Positions 37,804 through 54,984 of a stretch of 64,000 nucleotides of DNA are shown here, in pieces. The stretch is from positions 33,542,001 through 33,606,000 of the forward strand of contig NC_043010.1 of NCBI RefSeq assembly GCF_006345805.1, read 5' to 3'. The DNA comes from Octopus sinensis (lineage: Eukaryota). The position numbers and the translations under genes are program-made. The notes below the pieces were generated by a model. That model did no database searches, was not told where the DNA came from, and worked only from the letters and a program-made list of their open reading frames with translations. Position 1 is the stretch's first letter; each line of letters begins with the position of its first letter.

Positions 37804-38710
37804 AGAACAGACAGACAGTCAGACAGTTGAGTCATGAAGATACTTTAATCTTTTAATTTAGTATATTGTTCCTTTTTTTCCTTGTTTGGTCTCAGCCTTT
37901 TTCCTTCTTTTTTTTTAATGAAGCTTGTTAATTTAAGACACGTGTGCTATATAGTTTTACAATTTTTTCACCCCCCCCTTTAATCTGATTGCATGGTATT
38001 ACTATTGTTGTTGTTGTTGTTTTTGTTATTTCCCTTGTCATCATTATCACTATCTTTGCCATTTAGCAACAAAGCTTAACATACAAATGTAATTTTACCT
38101 TTATTGTATTTATGTTATGTAGCCCCAGGCCAGGTTTGATAAAACAGGCCAGTGATCAAAATGATCAAAGGGTTTTTCCGGCTATGACCCTTATTTATTT
38201 ATTTATTTATTTATTGACAGTCTTGGTGTATTTAAGATTGCATTATTTAATGTCCCTTTAAGACAAGCAAGCTGGCAGAATCATTATTCGCATGCCAAAT
38301 AAAATGCTCAGTAGCCTTTTGCTCATCATTACGTTCTGAGTTCAAATTTCACCAAGGGCAAATTTACCTTTCATTCTTTTGGGACAAAATAAATACCAGT
38401 TCTGCACTGGGGTCAATATAACTGACTGGCTCCCTTCCCCAAAAATTTCAGACTTTGTGTCTATTATAGAAACGATTATTAAATGTCCCTGTGTGTGTAT
38501 GTGTGTGTTTGAAATGCAAAATTGAAGGGCAGTTCAATTGCTTTTTCAACACAATTTGAATGAGTGTCTTAAATCTCTATCATTTTATATACTGATAATA
38601 AATATAAAAATTATGAATTGAAAATTTAAGAAAATTTAATTACTTAAGCCCTCCTCCCCCTATTTAGTTTTTCTCCAGAGCTTATTTGTGTTCTATTGTC
38701 CATGCACACC

Positions 38711-39152
38711 AATATTCTTTTCTACTCTAAGCACAAGACCTGAAATTTTCTTGGGAGTGGGGCGGGGAGTCAATTAGAACAACTCCAGTATGCAACTGGT
38801 ACTTAATTTATTGACCCCCAAAAGGATGAAAGGCAAAGTTGACCTCGGCAGAATTTGAACTCAGAATGTAAAGACAGACGAAATACCGCTAAGCATTTCG
38901 CCCGGCGTGCTAACGTTTCTTATTTCTTTATTGCCCACAAGGGGCTAAACATAGAGGGGACAAACAAGGACAGACAAAGGGATTAAGTCAATTATATCGA
39001 CCCCAGTGTGTAACTGGTACTTAATTTATTGACCCCAAAAGGATGAAAGGCAAAGTCGACCTCGGCGGAATTTGAACTCAGAGCTTAACGGGCAGATGAA
39101 ATACTGCTAAGCATTTCACCCGGCATGCTAACATTTTTGCTATCTCACCACC
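38711..39152 (-). mobile_element. Dimeric SINE family B (long-tail monomer joined to short-tail monomer)
   Basis: Junction ...AAAGAAATAAGAAAC|GTTAGC at 38920-38915, with the same architecture as 59327-59749. Confidence 0.85.
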
Positions 39153-39276
39153 TTCATTCACATTAACATTAAATGTCTAATGGAGTATGCCTGCCCCATT
39201 TATCTTCAGCCTTTGCATGTCGTCCACATTCAGTGCCCATGATGCATCACACTTTGTACACAAGTAACATACAATG

Positions 39277-39312
<36 letters not shown>

Positions 39313-40633
39313 CTCTGTTGACAACAGGGATAATAGTTCCCTGAACTCTTTCTACCACTTATTTTGGGTACTAATCTTTCAGAACACTTACTCCTACAGC
39401 TAAGCAAACCACCAAGATAATAGAAGTTATCTTATTCTTGGGCGCCTTCTGTACATTCGAAAGAATTCATTTCATGACAACTTTTACTACAAAATTCTTA
39501 TTCTCTGTCAGCCTGCACATGATTTTACTACATTCCTTGTGCACGGACATTTTATAGTAAGTACACCATAAAGAATTCCTGCCTGTTCCTTTTCTGCATA
39601 ATCAAGCATGTCAGCATACCAACTAGGAGTAGACCCTACCCTCTCCCATTAACCTTTGTTTTGTTAGGTTTATTTTAGGGTGTTTCTTTTCTTGGTTTTG
39701 CTTCTCGATTTGGAATTTCTTTTCTAAATCTTAAATGGATTCAACTATGAGGACTAGGTTCTTGGAGAACCAAGCCCTGATTTGCACCTACCTACACACT
39801 AAATTCCTTGTTGAATTCATAAATTTGTTAACTCTCACCTTGCTTATAATGTCTCAATACACAATTTGCAATATTCTTGCAAACCATTCATATGAAGCTA
39901 GTTTCCTTAATGACCGCCAAATTATAAAACATGGTATCTTGTGAAAGGCTTTCTCCAGGTCAACAAAAGTCAGCTAAAGTTCTTGCTCTTAGCTAAGAAC
40001 ATCATCATCACTATCATCATTTAATGTCCTTCTTCGATATTGGCATGGGTTGGATGGTTTGACAGGAGCCTGCACCAGACTTTTGTGTCTGTTTTAGCAG
40101 GGTTTTTATGGCTGGATGCCCTTCTTAACACCAACCCCCCAGCAGAGTGAAATGAGTACTTTTTACTTGGCACAAGCACAGGCAATGTCAGTTTTGGCAT
40201 GGGTTTTACAGCTGGATGCCCTTTCAAATGTTAATCACTTTACAGTGTGAACTGGATGCTTTTTTACATGGCATCAGCACTGGCAGGGTCACCAAGTAAC
40301 TTGCAAGACAAAAGATCCTTTGAAAGGGGTGAGGGCATTTGAGGAGGTGATTTTGTGTCAGATGATAAAATGTTATGAAAATGATGAAAGTGAGACAGAG
40401 AAACAGAAACAGGTGTCTTGCTGTGGAAGAGGTCCATGGTTATCTAACCAGAGAGAGAGGGAAATTGATCAGGAATGAGGACAGAAACAGGTGTGCGGTT
40501 GTAAAGGAGATACATGGTTACCCAGCCAGAAGGAAAAGCAGGAGGAAAGAGAAGAGAGAGAGAGAGAGAGAGAGTGGGAGAGAACAGGAGAGAGATGGTA
40601 GCAAAGTGCCAGGCATACTCAAAGGGACAGGGA

Positions 40634-40882
40634 TCAGAATATAAATGGGATGGTCGAATAAAAGGAGAGATAGATGGGGACAAGTGCCAGGGCATACCCT
40701 TGAGGTACAGAGGTAATGATATAAGTGGCAGGACATTGCCAAAGAAGCATGAGTAGAGAGTGGGGGAAGAGAATGCAGTGAGTGATGAAAACCTGGGTAT
40801 ATAGAGGGGTGGGGGCTACTGGATAGCAATGATACAGTGAACAGGGCTGTGAGGACAGGTTTGGAGAGTGAGAGGTAAGCAT
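40634..40882 (-). pseudogene. Possible second decayed LINE RT fragment
   Basis: Minus-strand ORF contains ITSVPQGYAL, resembling the RT motif TSGVPQGSVL. Little else is recognisable. Confidence 0.3.
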
Positions 40883-40989
40883 AGTGTATGAAAGAAGATG
40901 TAAGGAAGAGAAGAGATGTAATTTGGTTTGTTGGAGTAGGATGTGTGAAAAGTTTTCTTGTTACGTGTGGGTGGAACACACAACATTTC

Positions 40990-42060
40990 TAGAACTCTAT
41001 TTTGCTGACGTGGGTGGTTCTTCTCAAGGACCTCATATCACCAGACTTCTCAGTCCATTGCCATTTCCTCCGTGAGGTCCAATATCCTGAGATTGGTCCT
41101 TACCACGTCATTCCATGTCTTCCTGAGTCTTCCTCTTCCATTGGTACCATCAACTTTCCGTGATCGGCACTTCTTTATTCAGCTGTCTTCATTCATACGC
41201 ATCACATGTCCAAACCAACATGGTCTTCTCCCTTGCATACTGCATTTTATTCCTTTTATGCCCAACTTTTCTCTCAATACTTTTGCACTTTGTCATACAA
41301 GCATACTGAGGTTGCACATCCAACAGAGCATACTGCCTTCATTTCTCTCCAGTCTACACGTCTTCTGCGTAATTGTCAGCCTAGGTAGAGAGCATCAGTG
41401 GTACTATGTCCTGGCACAAACCCAAACTACATCTCATCTAAGCTAATTCTCTTCCTAATTAGTTTTGGTATAACTTGTTCTGTTACTTTTATAACTCATT
41501 CCATTAAGGTGATGTCTTTGTTGTTGCTGTTTTTTTTTTCTAGAGCATTTCCTTTACCATTGTAATACTTGACGATGATACTGTTACACTAATTATTGGA
41601 TATGACTTCTCCCTGTACTCATTGATTGACTATACAAATGACTAGCATATGTCCTATTTCGCCTGATATTTTCAACAGCTCAGCAACTACCCTTGATAGC
41701 GCAGTTGCCCTCCCTTCATTCACATCTGTAATCTTACTTTTGATTGGGTAACTGGTCCCTCTATATAGCTGCTACTTACCTCCTTTCAAAGTAACATTTC
41801 CATGCTTCTTCTTGACATCAGTAGAGTGAATGTGCTGCAGTCATTTCATACGCACTTTTCCTCGACAACATCTTGGTCTGCACTAACATCTCCTTTGTGG
41901 TTCCAAACCCCTCGCACCTCTGATTCTCTCCTCACAAAATATTGGAAAACCTCTCATATTCAACTTCCCTGTGTTTTACCTAACATATAGCTCCTCTTCT
42001 TGTTACCTCATATTCCATTCTCTCAACTTTATTCCAATCCTTCCCTGGGACTGTCTTTGA
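40990..42060 (-). pseudogene. Decayed RTE-clade LINE (RT C-terminal region plus an upstream RT N-terminal piece)
   Basis: Minus strand 41350-41100 reads LERNEGSMLCWMCNL...LREKLGIKGIKCSMQGRRPCWFGHVMRMNEDS*IKKCR...GRGRLRKTWNDVV, an RTE signature. About 41715-41655 reads GRATALSRVVAELLKISGEIG (degenerate KAPGPSGIxAEMLK). In-frame stops are present. Confidence 0.85.
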
Positions 42061-42546
42061 ACTTTTATGGCTCTGACTACAGTACCACTTCATTACCACA
42101 TCATCTTCACTCTGGTTGGAACATTGCTCCATTCCACAGATCTGTTCTATGTCACTGAACAGTTTGTCTCATAGCAACCACCAGCTGCCCAATATATCAT
42201 TAAGTTTCTATCTCCTCTTTATTGGCATATAGGTGCGTGGCTATGTGGTTGAGACATTTGCTTCCCAACCAATAGGTTTGAGTTCAGTCCCACTGCATGG
42301 TGCTTTGTGCAAGTTTGTTCTTCTATAATCCTGTGCTAACCAAATCCTTGCAAGTGGATTTGGTATGTGGAAACTGAAAGAAGCCCATCATGTGTTGCAT
42401 GTGTGTGTGTGTGATTGCGTGTGTACCGATAGAATAAGTACTAGGCTTAAAAAATAAATAAGTACTGGGATCAAGTCCTTTCACTAAAAATTCTTCAAGG
42501 TGGTGTCCAGCATGGCCGTATTCTAATGACTGAAACAAGTAAAAGG

Positions 42547-42549
<3 letters not shown>

Positions 42550-42624
<75 letters not shown>
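42550..42624. repeat. (TA)n microsatellite
   Basis: Read directly. Similar tracts at about 17570-17625 and 47300-47346. Confidence 0.95.
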
Positions 42625-42628
<4 letters not shown>

Positions 42629-43944
42629 GTAGGGCATTTCCAGGGAAGTGTTCAACCGAAGTTCTGGGCTATCAACACCGTCAGATTCCAAATCATCATC
42701 ATCATCGTTTAACGTCCGCTTACCATGCTCTAATACTAAAATTCACCAAGTGTAGAAAATCCTGGTTTTATGGTAATAAAACCGTTGTGTGGGTGTAGTG
42801 AAGAGTAAACTAATAATCCATATAACATTAAGACAAAGAAATCTTTTTTAATGATTCAAAAAGATGTGTTAAGGGATTTCTTTACATAAGAGCACCTCCG
42901 AGACATTAGACTTGGCAATGGCACCCCAGTCTCATGCCATTCACTACAACACCTGTCTGTGTTTGGATTGTCTTTGCACAGGGGCCATCTGGACTCCTGC
43001 CTTTGTGAACAGGAATTAATCTTCTCTCTTCACTCCTACCCACTTTCTCTCTTCATTGATACACCCCTCCACCACCACACACCCCACTCCCACTTACCCC
43101 ACACCTCCACTCCAAACCACCATATCACACCACTCTGTGATATGCCACTCTGCACCACTCCACTTCACACACACTAGCACTGGCCACTTCCCAGCACCCA
43201 CGCCACACACCATCATCCTCACACCCACACACCATCATCTACACACCTGCACATTACAGATGCATGCACACACACATTCTCACATACATGCACCCTTGTT
43301 TTAGGATCACCAATACTTTATCATCTCCCCGTCTTTCTATCTCTTCTGTCAAACCTTTTTTCCCCAACCGAAGGGTATGCTTGATCGCTAAATCCACATG
43401 TTCTTTTATCCTCTCTCTGTTCATTTTCTCTTATTTCTTTCAGTTTAAGAGCATATGCTCGAAATGTAAAAGACTTTCTCACTTTCCCAAGCATCAAACT
43501 AATACACCTACTTGTTGTTCATATACCTGTCCGTATCTTGTTTTTCTGTAAATTTCAAATTTACATATATATATAATATCATTAAAATTAATAATAATAT
43601 CTTTGAAAATATTATCAAGGTCATCCAAACTGGTAAAATTCCAAATGAACATCTGAAAAAATTTGGCAATTAATTTCTCAAAATTCTGCAAAAGGATTAT
43701 TGGATTTACCTGTCATGCATGAGGATTTACCTGGGATCTGTATTCTATTAACATATATTATTTACTGATATCTCATTGTTGAACATTTAACCAAATTTTT
43801 CTAACACTACCAGGATTTTTTAAGTCCCTTTTTTCTTTTAGCTATATATGTTGTGTGTGTGTGTGGTGTGTGTGTGTATATATGTATGTGTATGTGTGTG
43901 TATATGTATATGTATGTATGATATATATATATCTATGTATATGC

Positions 43945-43975
<31 letters not shown>

Positions 43976-43980
<5 letters not shown>

Positions 43981-44670
43981 ACAATTGAGGGTAAAATTAA
44001 TTAGTTATTAATCAATTTCACCAAAGTAGTGTTCAGTATGTAAAAGGACCATTTAAGGCGAATTCAAAATGTTACATTATATAATTAGGGCTTAGTAAAA
44101 TAAATTACTTTGCCACATACTGAACTTTCTAGAAATAGCAGCCAAAAAGTTTTTTAGCCATTTCCACTACTTTAAGAAAATTTCTCTCAGATAATGTTTA
44201 CTCAAAAATAACTCACGAAGATATGGAGGTAAAAACAATGAAATATCAGAAGTACAAAGATCATTTGAGAACGTCAACGTTTCTAGATTAGCCAAATAAA
44301 ACTCAGCATTTCCTTCGTCAGCTCAACATTTCTTAATTTTGGATTTGAAAGCACTAAAAGAATGAACATACCCCTCAGACGAACACGCTCAGACTGCCAG
44401 TACTAGCAAATTCAAAATGTACGAGCGAAGATTCATGTTCTCTCCCCTTCCACCCAGGTGAGTTATCTAGTAAACATATATTTTAACGGTGAGAACCGAA
44501 GCAATAGAATAGAGAGAAAGGAATTATATTTATTTGGCTAATCTAGAAACGTTGACGTTCTCAAATGGTCTTTGTACTTGTGATATTTCATTGTTTTTAC
44601 CTCCATATCTTCGTGAGTTATTTTTGAGTAAACATTATCTGAGAGAAATTTTCTTAAAGTAGTGGAAATG
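43976..44670 (-). mobile_element. Penelope-like non-autonomous element with 142-bp inverted arms (44159-44300 and 44529-44670), embedded in TA-rich microsatellite
   Basis: The arms differ at only 2 positions by eye and enclose a 228-bp spacer. A hammerhead lies on the minus strand across the left-arm/spacer boundary. The PLE assignment is inferred from HHR plus inverted terminal architecture. Confidence 0.7.
44265..44326 (-). ncRNA. Type I hammerhead ribozyme motif (family B)
   Basis: Minus strand reads TTGAG-CTGACGA-A-GGA aat GCTGAGT ttt ATTTGGC taa TCT-A-GAAA-CGT tg ACG-TT-CTCAA. Stem I TTGAG/CTCAA is 5 bp, and cleavage is predicted between 44270 and 44269. Confidence 0.75.
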
Positions 44671-47091
44671 TATGTATATATTTATATATTTATATATATC
44701 TATATGTACGTATATATATGTATGTGTGTGTATATGTATGTATATTTATATGTATATGTGTGTGTGTATCTATATATCTGTATATATATGTGTGTGGGTG
44801 TGTGTATGTCTATGTAAATATATATGAAGACCAAGAAGAAATCTTTCTAAACAAAATATTTTATCAAGTTACTGTTTGAAATCACCTAAGAGAACACATC
44901 TACACTGAGAGATACACCTAAACTAGATGTTCAGAATCCCACCCATGAGGGATTGATTGGCGCTAGATGGGTTGAAACAATTGTAGTAATCAATAAAGAA
45001 TCTTGTATCTTCCATCTTCTGTCTCTCTCATTAGTTAAATATGCATGCCATGCCTCTATATAAAAAATTTCACATGTTGATCAATCTGAGACTACCACAG
45101 ATGTCATATATGATTGAACCTGGAACCACATGGCTGGAAAACAAACTTCTTAACCATATGACCACATATTTTTTCTTTTTTGTGTGGTTTATTACGTTAT
45201 CACTTACTGTGACCCACCCCACTCCACTCCATACCGCCACCACCATCACCACTGCATCGTGTTGTTGTTTCTGTGATGTCATCCCCCACCCAACTTCATC
45301 CCACCTTACTCGCACCCACCTCACCCCACCCTTATCCACCACCTCCCCCTTTTTTAGTAGAAAAAGAAAAGAAAAAACATTATCATTATCATAAATCCAT
45401 TTAATATGGAATACAAAGGAAACAATCTTTTTCATGTCTCCCCCCACCTCTACCTGCCACCAGACCACCCCACCCCCACCCCATAATTTTTACCCTCCCT
45501 AATTTATTAACCATTGAACAATAGAACAGTTACCTTGGCACCACTGCCACCGCCCTCACACATATCTCCTCATACACCCATTCTCCTCCCCCTCTCTCTC
45601 TCTTTGCCATGAAGCCATTTAGAAAGTTCTTTTTGTTGTATTTATTAAGACTTAGGTGATATTATAACTAAATAATAGTTTGTCATTATTCATCATCATC
45701 AACACCACCGCCCGATCTGCTTATGCATAATGTATATTTTGTTGTCATAGTATGTTGCTTTCTGGTTTTGTTTCGTTATATTTAGAAGAAAAAAAAACAA
45801 CAGTAAATGGTAAATATAATTGTTTGTGTGTGTATCTGTGCACACATGCACATGTTTGTGTGCATGTCTGTGTAGAGAAAGAAAAGTGCCATAATTTCTA
45901 TTGAAACACTCGCAAGAACATTACACAGATAACGTATACACATACATACATATATGTGTGTGTGTGTGTAAATATATATATATATATATATGCATGTATG
46001 TATATATATATATGTATATATATATATGGAAGATTTGTATGTGTATACAAACAAGTGTGTCTATACATGTGTGGATGCATTATTTGTACATTTTTATTTA
46101 TATATATACTTGCAGCTGTGGGTATACATCAATGCATACAATGTATGTGTGTCTAATACACACGTACATATGCACACATATGTCAGTTATGTGAGATAAG
46201 TATGTGCATTTGTAAATATAAATGTTAACAACAAACGTGTGTGTGTGTGTGTTCTACATGTATGTATGGTGTTAGTTCATTTCGCTGATGGCAGTTGATA
46301 TAGAGCCTGAAACTTCTAAGGACTGTCAAACCATTTCTGCATGAAATATTCATTCTGTGAATCTTCACAGATCTACTTGTATGTATATGTATATGTGTAT
46401 GCATACATACATATTGTATGTATATGTATATAAAAGCTCTATTGTACTTTTATATACATATGGAATATATTATGCATTATGCTACTCTTTATCAGCAGGT
46501 GAGCACTGCCTGTACCTTGGCATGCTGCAATGTGGATTGTGTTTAGTATGAGAAATGACTCAATATTCAATACACATTAAATACCTCCGAAAGTCTTAAT
46601 TTTTAAGGAGTTTTCCATAAAATATAATATACCAGTCAGTAGAAATGTAAAAATGTGAATGCTTCACTCTCAAACACTTTCACATCACAAGGGAGGTCAC
46701 TGATATATATATATATATATATATATCGTTGCTATTATGCAGAAATGTTGTAAGTCCAAAACATAGCTTTATCAGAAAGTGAAAAAAAAAATAGTTTCAC
46801 CATTCCATTACTTTTTCCATTAGCAACAGTTTCAGTTTAACAATAATACTTTGTTGGGTTCATAAAATCATAACCCTATGCATGTATGATATTTTTGGTC
46901 AGAAATATTTTTGCAAAACTTGCATGTGGGACACATTTGGCCAAATTTGGACATACAACAGTTTAACATAATAGCATTGGTATATATAAAGTCAAAATGA
47001 GGGTGAAAAAATTGGATATTAATTTAATAACATCAATTTAAACACCAAATGGCCTAGCGTATAAAAGACTGAGATTCAGTAAATATTATTA

Positions 47092-47296
47092 ATACACAAC
47101 TATAAGAGAGAATTCACTATGTGGACGCTCTTACGCTAGATATAGATCCGCAAAGGGAATCCACCTCTAAGAATTGTTCTCAAGAAATAGGTGTGTTGAA
47201 TTATTTCTTGAGAACAATTCTTAGTGGTGGATTCCCTTTGCGGATCTATATCTAGCGTAAGAGCGTCCACATAGTGGATTCTCTCTTATAGTTGTG

Positions 47297-47299
<3 letters not shown>
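47092..47299. repeat. Near-perfect 98-bp hairpin with a 12-nt loop, abutting (TA)n
   Basis: Arms 47092-47189 and 47202-47299 with 2 mismatches. Loop is GGTGTGTTGAAT. Confidence 0.95.
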
Positions 47300-47351
<52 letters not shown>

Positions 47352-48117
47352 CAACACTCTGGATATATAAATCATACATGTACGTTCTGAATAATTTAGG
47401 AAATCATCATCATCATTTAACATTCGTTTTCCATACTGGCATGGTTGGAGAGTTTGAACAGAAACTGGCAAGCCAGAAGATTGCACCAAATGTCTGTTTT
47501 GGCATGGTTTCTACAGCCTGATGCCCTTCCTAATGCCAACCACTTTACAGAGTGTACTGGGTGCTTTTTACTTGGGAGCAGCTTGGGTGCTTTATCCATG
47601 GAACCAGCACATGTGCTTTATATTTGGAATCAGCACAAGTGCACTTCTTGTGGCACCAGCATGGTTGCTTTCTACATGGCACCAACATGAGTGCCTTTTA
47701 CAAGGCGCCAGTCTGCATACCTTTATGTGACACTGGCATGGGTGCCTTTAGGTGGCACCAGCACAGGTGCTTTTCATTTCAGCGCAGAAATAATGAAGTA
47801 ATGTTTATCTCCACATCAATATGGCTGTTCAACACTACTACCATTTTTAACCCCAGGAAAAGCCTCCTCCAGCTGGTTATCATTGCAATCTGAGAAGTGA
47901 GTTGATATTCAATCATTTATTTTGTTTCAGTCATTAGACTGTGGACATGCTGGAGCACTGCCTTGAAGAATTTTAGTCAAATTGACTCCAATACTTTTTT
48001 TTTAAAACCTAGGGCTTATTCTGTTGGCCTCTTTTGCTGAACCACTAAGTTACAGGGGCATTAATACACCAACACCAGTTGTTGATTGTTGTTGGTGGGG
48101 GCAAACACACACACACA

Positions 48118-48148
<31 letters not shown>

Positions 48149-48970
48149 CCACACATATATACATGCAACTGGCTTCTTTCAATTTCTGTCTTCCAAATCC
48201 ACTTACAAAGTTTTGATCAGCCCAAGGCTAGAGTAGAAGGTACTTACCCAAGCTGTCACACAGTGGGATTGAACCTGGAATCATGTGGTTTGGAAGCAAA
48301 CTTCTTACCACACAGCCATGCCTGTGCCTATCCAATGTTCATTACATATTCATAGCCTAGAATATTTGCTTTAAGTTTTTAAAGGAAAGTTTCACAAAAT
48401 ACCCTAAACCAGTTAAGCATTTGAATGTTTGCCTTTTGTACATTTTCAAACCACTAAGGAGGTCACTGTAATACACACTAAACAGGCTAGCTATATAAAT
48501 CATGTGCATACATCTGAATAATTAAGAAATAATGGTTATAATTAAAATATGAATTAATTATTAATTATTACTATTATTACTGTTTCTATAATGAAATTAA
48601 TGTTACTTGAATTTTTTTTTTTTTTTAATAAAGCCATAAGTTTTTCCATTTTCAAATTTGATTTACAATCTGTTAAGGAGGTGGAGTTTTACAGTGAAAT
48701 GATTTATGAAGAAATAATTGTTCTGTTAATTTTATTGTCTGAATATTCATCTTGTTTACATAAAGTGTAACCACTGGTTTAGTTGGAACAAATTGGACTC
48801 AGCACTTTTTTAAAATCTAATATTCTTCTGCCAGTATCTTTTTCTAAATTGCTAAATTATGGGGCCATAATCAAAGACACACGCACACACACACACACAC
48901 ACACATAAGAGGCTTCTGTATAGTTTCTGTCTACCAAATTCACTCACAAGGTATTGGTTGACCCAGAGCT

Positions 48971-52533
<3,563 letters not shown>

Positions 52534-53855
52534 GTAAACAATAGAAATGAACGAGAATATTATATCTTGGTATGCATGCACAACAAATTTCAGGGACAAC
52601 CTGTGCCAAGCAGCTTCACTTTGTGTACTTTAGCTTCGTTAATCACAGCAACAGTTCCAATACTTTTGGGATCAGACTTTGTATATGTGTGTAGTCACAA
52701 TGCTCCTTTTTAGTTTAGTTGGTGGATATGTATTTATCAGTTATAAAAACCTAACCTTTTCAGAAAATTAACATCATCCCTGAGAGATATTTAACCAACC
52801 TCCCTGCACTCTGCTCTCGATGTGCAAAGATACTTTGTATGCCTCCTCACTTGCTGGCATTGTATGTACTTGTTCTTTTCTTTTGTCATTACATCTTCAA
52901 CTTGGTCTTGAGAAGTGGGCGGGAAAAACAGAGCCAAAACCACATGAGAACCATTTGATGAGGGTAACTACCTGTGCATTGCAAGGATATGTGAATATGT
53001 ATGTATGATAATCTATATATTCAAACTAAACTATATCCAGGTGTAAAACATGTTTTTGGAATTTGGATAATTTGAAAGAATCCTTCTTGAAAAAACAAGT
53101 AGACATTAATATGGTGATCCTTGAGCTTAAGATATCACTTTCACTTTTTTAATCTTGCATTTAATATAATTTTGCTTCGTAGCCAGCCATGGACTTGTAA
53201 AATTATTTTCTGATTGAAATATGTGTTGTTCATTTTTGATGTTGTTAAATACACACATACATACACACACACCCGTTATGAGTCAAATAGTAAAAGAAGC
53301 TAGTCTTATGGTTAAGCATATAGGAGTGGAGGAGATCTGGTACCTAAGCATGTCATGTGAACCAGTCCCCCAGCCTAAGGATTAAATAGGCCCTGTGTTG
53401 GGTGATGCTAAACTGCAAATAAACTGGCAGACGGCAGCAGTAAATTCTGTATCTTCCTCAAGAAAAGTCATGTGGGTCCATGATCACCAATGGAATGGTA
53501 TATGAAGAGAGAGATATACATGTATCTATCTATGTACACGCATGCATATCTTTGTATATGTAAAGGTACAAGTCCGGGCAAGGTTGTTTGTGGAAGACCA
53601 GCAGTCACCCATGCATACCAGTCCCCCCACTCGTCATACCACTGATGTTATCCAAAGGAAAGACAAACACCGAAACAGTTTGGCACCAGTAACATCACAA
53701 CTCATTTCTACAGCTGAGTGAAGTGGAGCAACATGAAATAAAGTATCTTGCTCAAGAACACAACACACAGCCTGGTCTGGGAATTGAACTCACTACCCCT
53801 TGATTGTGAGCCCAATACTCTAACCATTGAGTCACGTGCCTTTATATGTGTATGA

Positions 53856-53856
53856 T

Positions 53857-53924
<68 letters not shown>

Positions 53925-53940
53925 GCAGGCAGGCAGGCAG
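53856..53940 (+). repeat. Compound tetranucleotide microsatellite (GATA)n-(GACA)n-(GGCA)n
   Basis: Read directly from the sequence. Confidence 0.95.
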
Positions 53941-54948
53941 AGGGGGGAGACGGAGGACAGAAGGATGGACAATGGACAGTTAGTTTTCTTATAGGATATT
54001 TTGGATTCCAACTAAGGATTTTTCTTGTACAGGGAAAGGAAGTTTACTTCTAAAAGACTTATTCAGGGCTATTTACTATTTTTCTTTTAGACACTACTAA
54101 CTACAAAAAATATTTTTAAACATCACCTTCCAAGGTAGTACATTTTCTTTTGTTTTGTTTATTTATGATTATATGTTATTGTGTCTGTCTCTATGTACAT
54201 CTGTACACACACACACATACATGCATACATATATATATAATGAATTGAAGGAAACAGATCATAACATTAGACTACCAGCTGATAGATACCTTTGAGCTAA
54301 GTAATTAATTCTTAATGGTCAGCAACAGGTGCTACATTATTGGGTTACATTAGCTGTGATAGACTTACTTCATAGCCATGGGTATATTTATTTAACATCT
54401 GCTCACATTGTTTGAGTATATACATATGTAATATGTTATATAGTTTGTGGGGTGGGGATGAGGAGTGTATATATATATATACACACACGCACACATTTTT
54501 TTATCTTTTACTTGTTTGAGTCATTGGACTGCAGCCATGCAGGAGTGCCACCTTGAGGTATTTTACTCAAACAGTCTCCATTAAATAACTTTAAGTCTGA
54601 TACTTTTTCCATTGGTCTCTTTTGCCAAGCCTTTAAGTGACAAAGATGTAAACAAAGCAACACCGGTTATCAAGTGGTGTGGTAGACACCTGAAAGACAC
54701 ACATTCACTTACAATAGGTTTCTTCTGCTTTCCATCTACCAAATCCACCCACATGGCGTTGGTTGATCCCAGGTTTATAGTAGAAGACACTTGCCAAAGG
54801 TGCTGTGCAGTGGGACTGAACTCAGAACCACATGTGGTTCAGAAGCAAACTTCTTGCTACACAACCATACTCAAACCTATGTATGTGTATATATATAGAA
54901 ACTCTTGACCCTTGAGTCACTCTATTGCTCATTCTAAATATTAATAAA

Positions 54949-54984
<36 letters not shown>

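Noticed and set aside
41072-41446. 124-aa plus-strand ORF
   Set aside because: It is antisense to the recognisable RTE reverse transcriptase C-terminus.
44505-44570. Hammerhead on the plus-strand arm of the 44-kb element
   Set aside because: It has GAAACGTTGACGTTCTCAA, but the arm starts within stem II and no CUGANGA lies upstream.
46496-46498. 3-nt plus-strand microexon CAG between TATCAG and GTGAGC
   Set aside because: The pyrimidine tract is weak and such motifs arise by chance in 64 kb.
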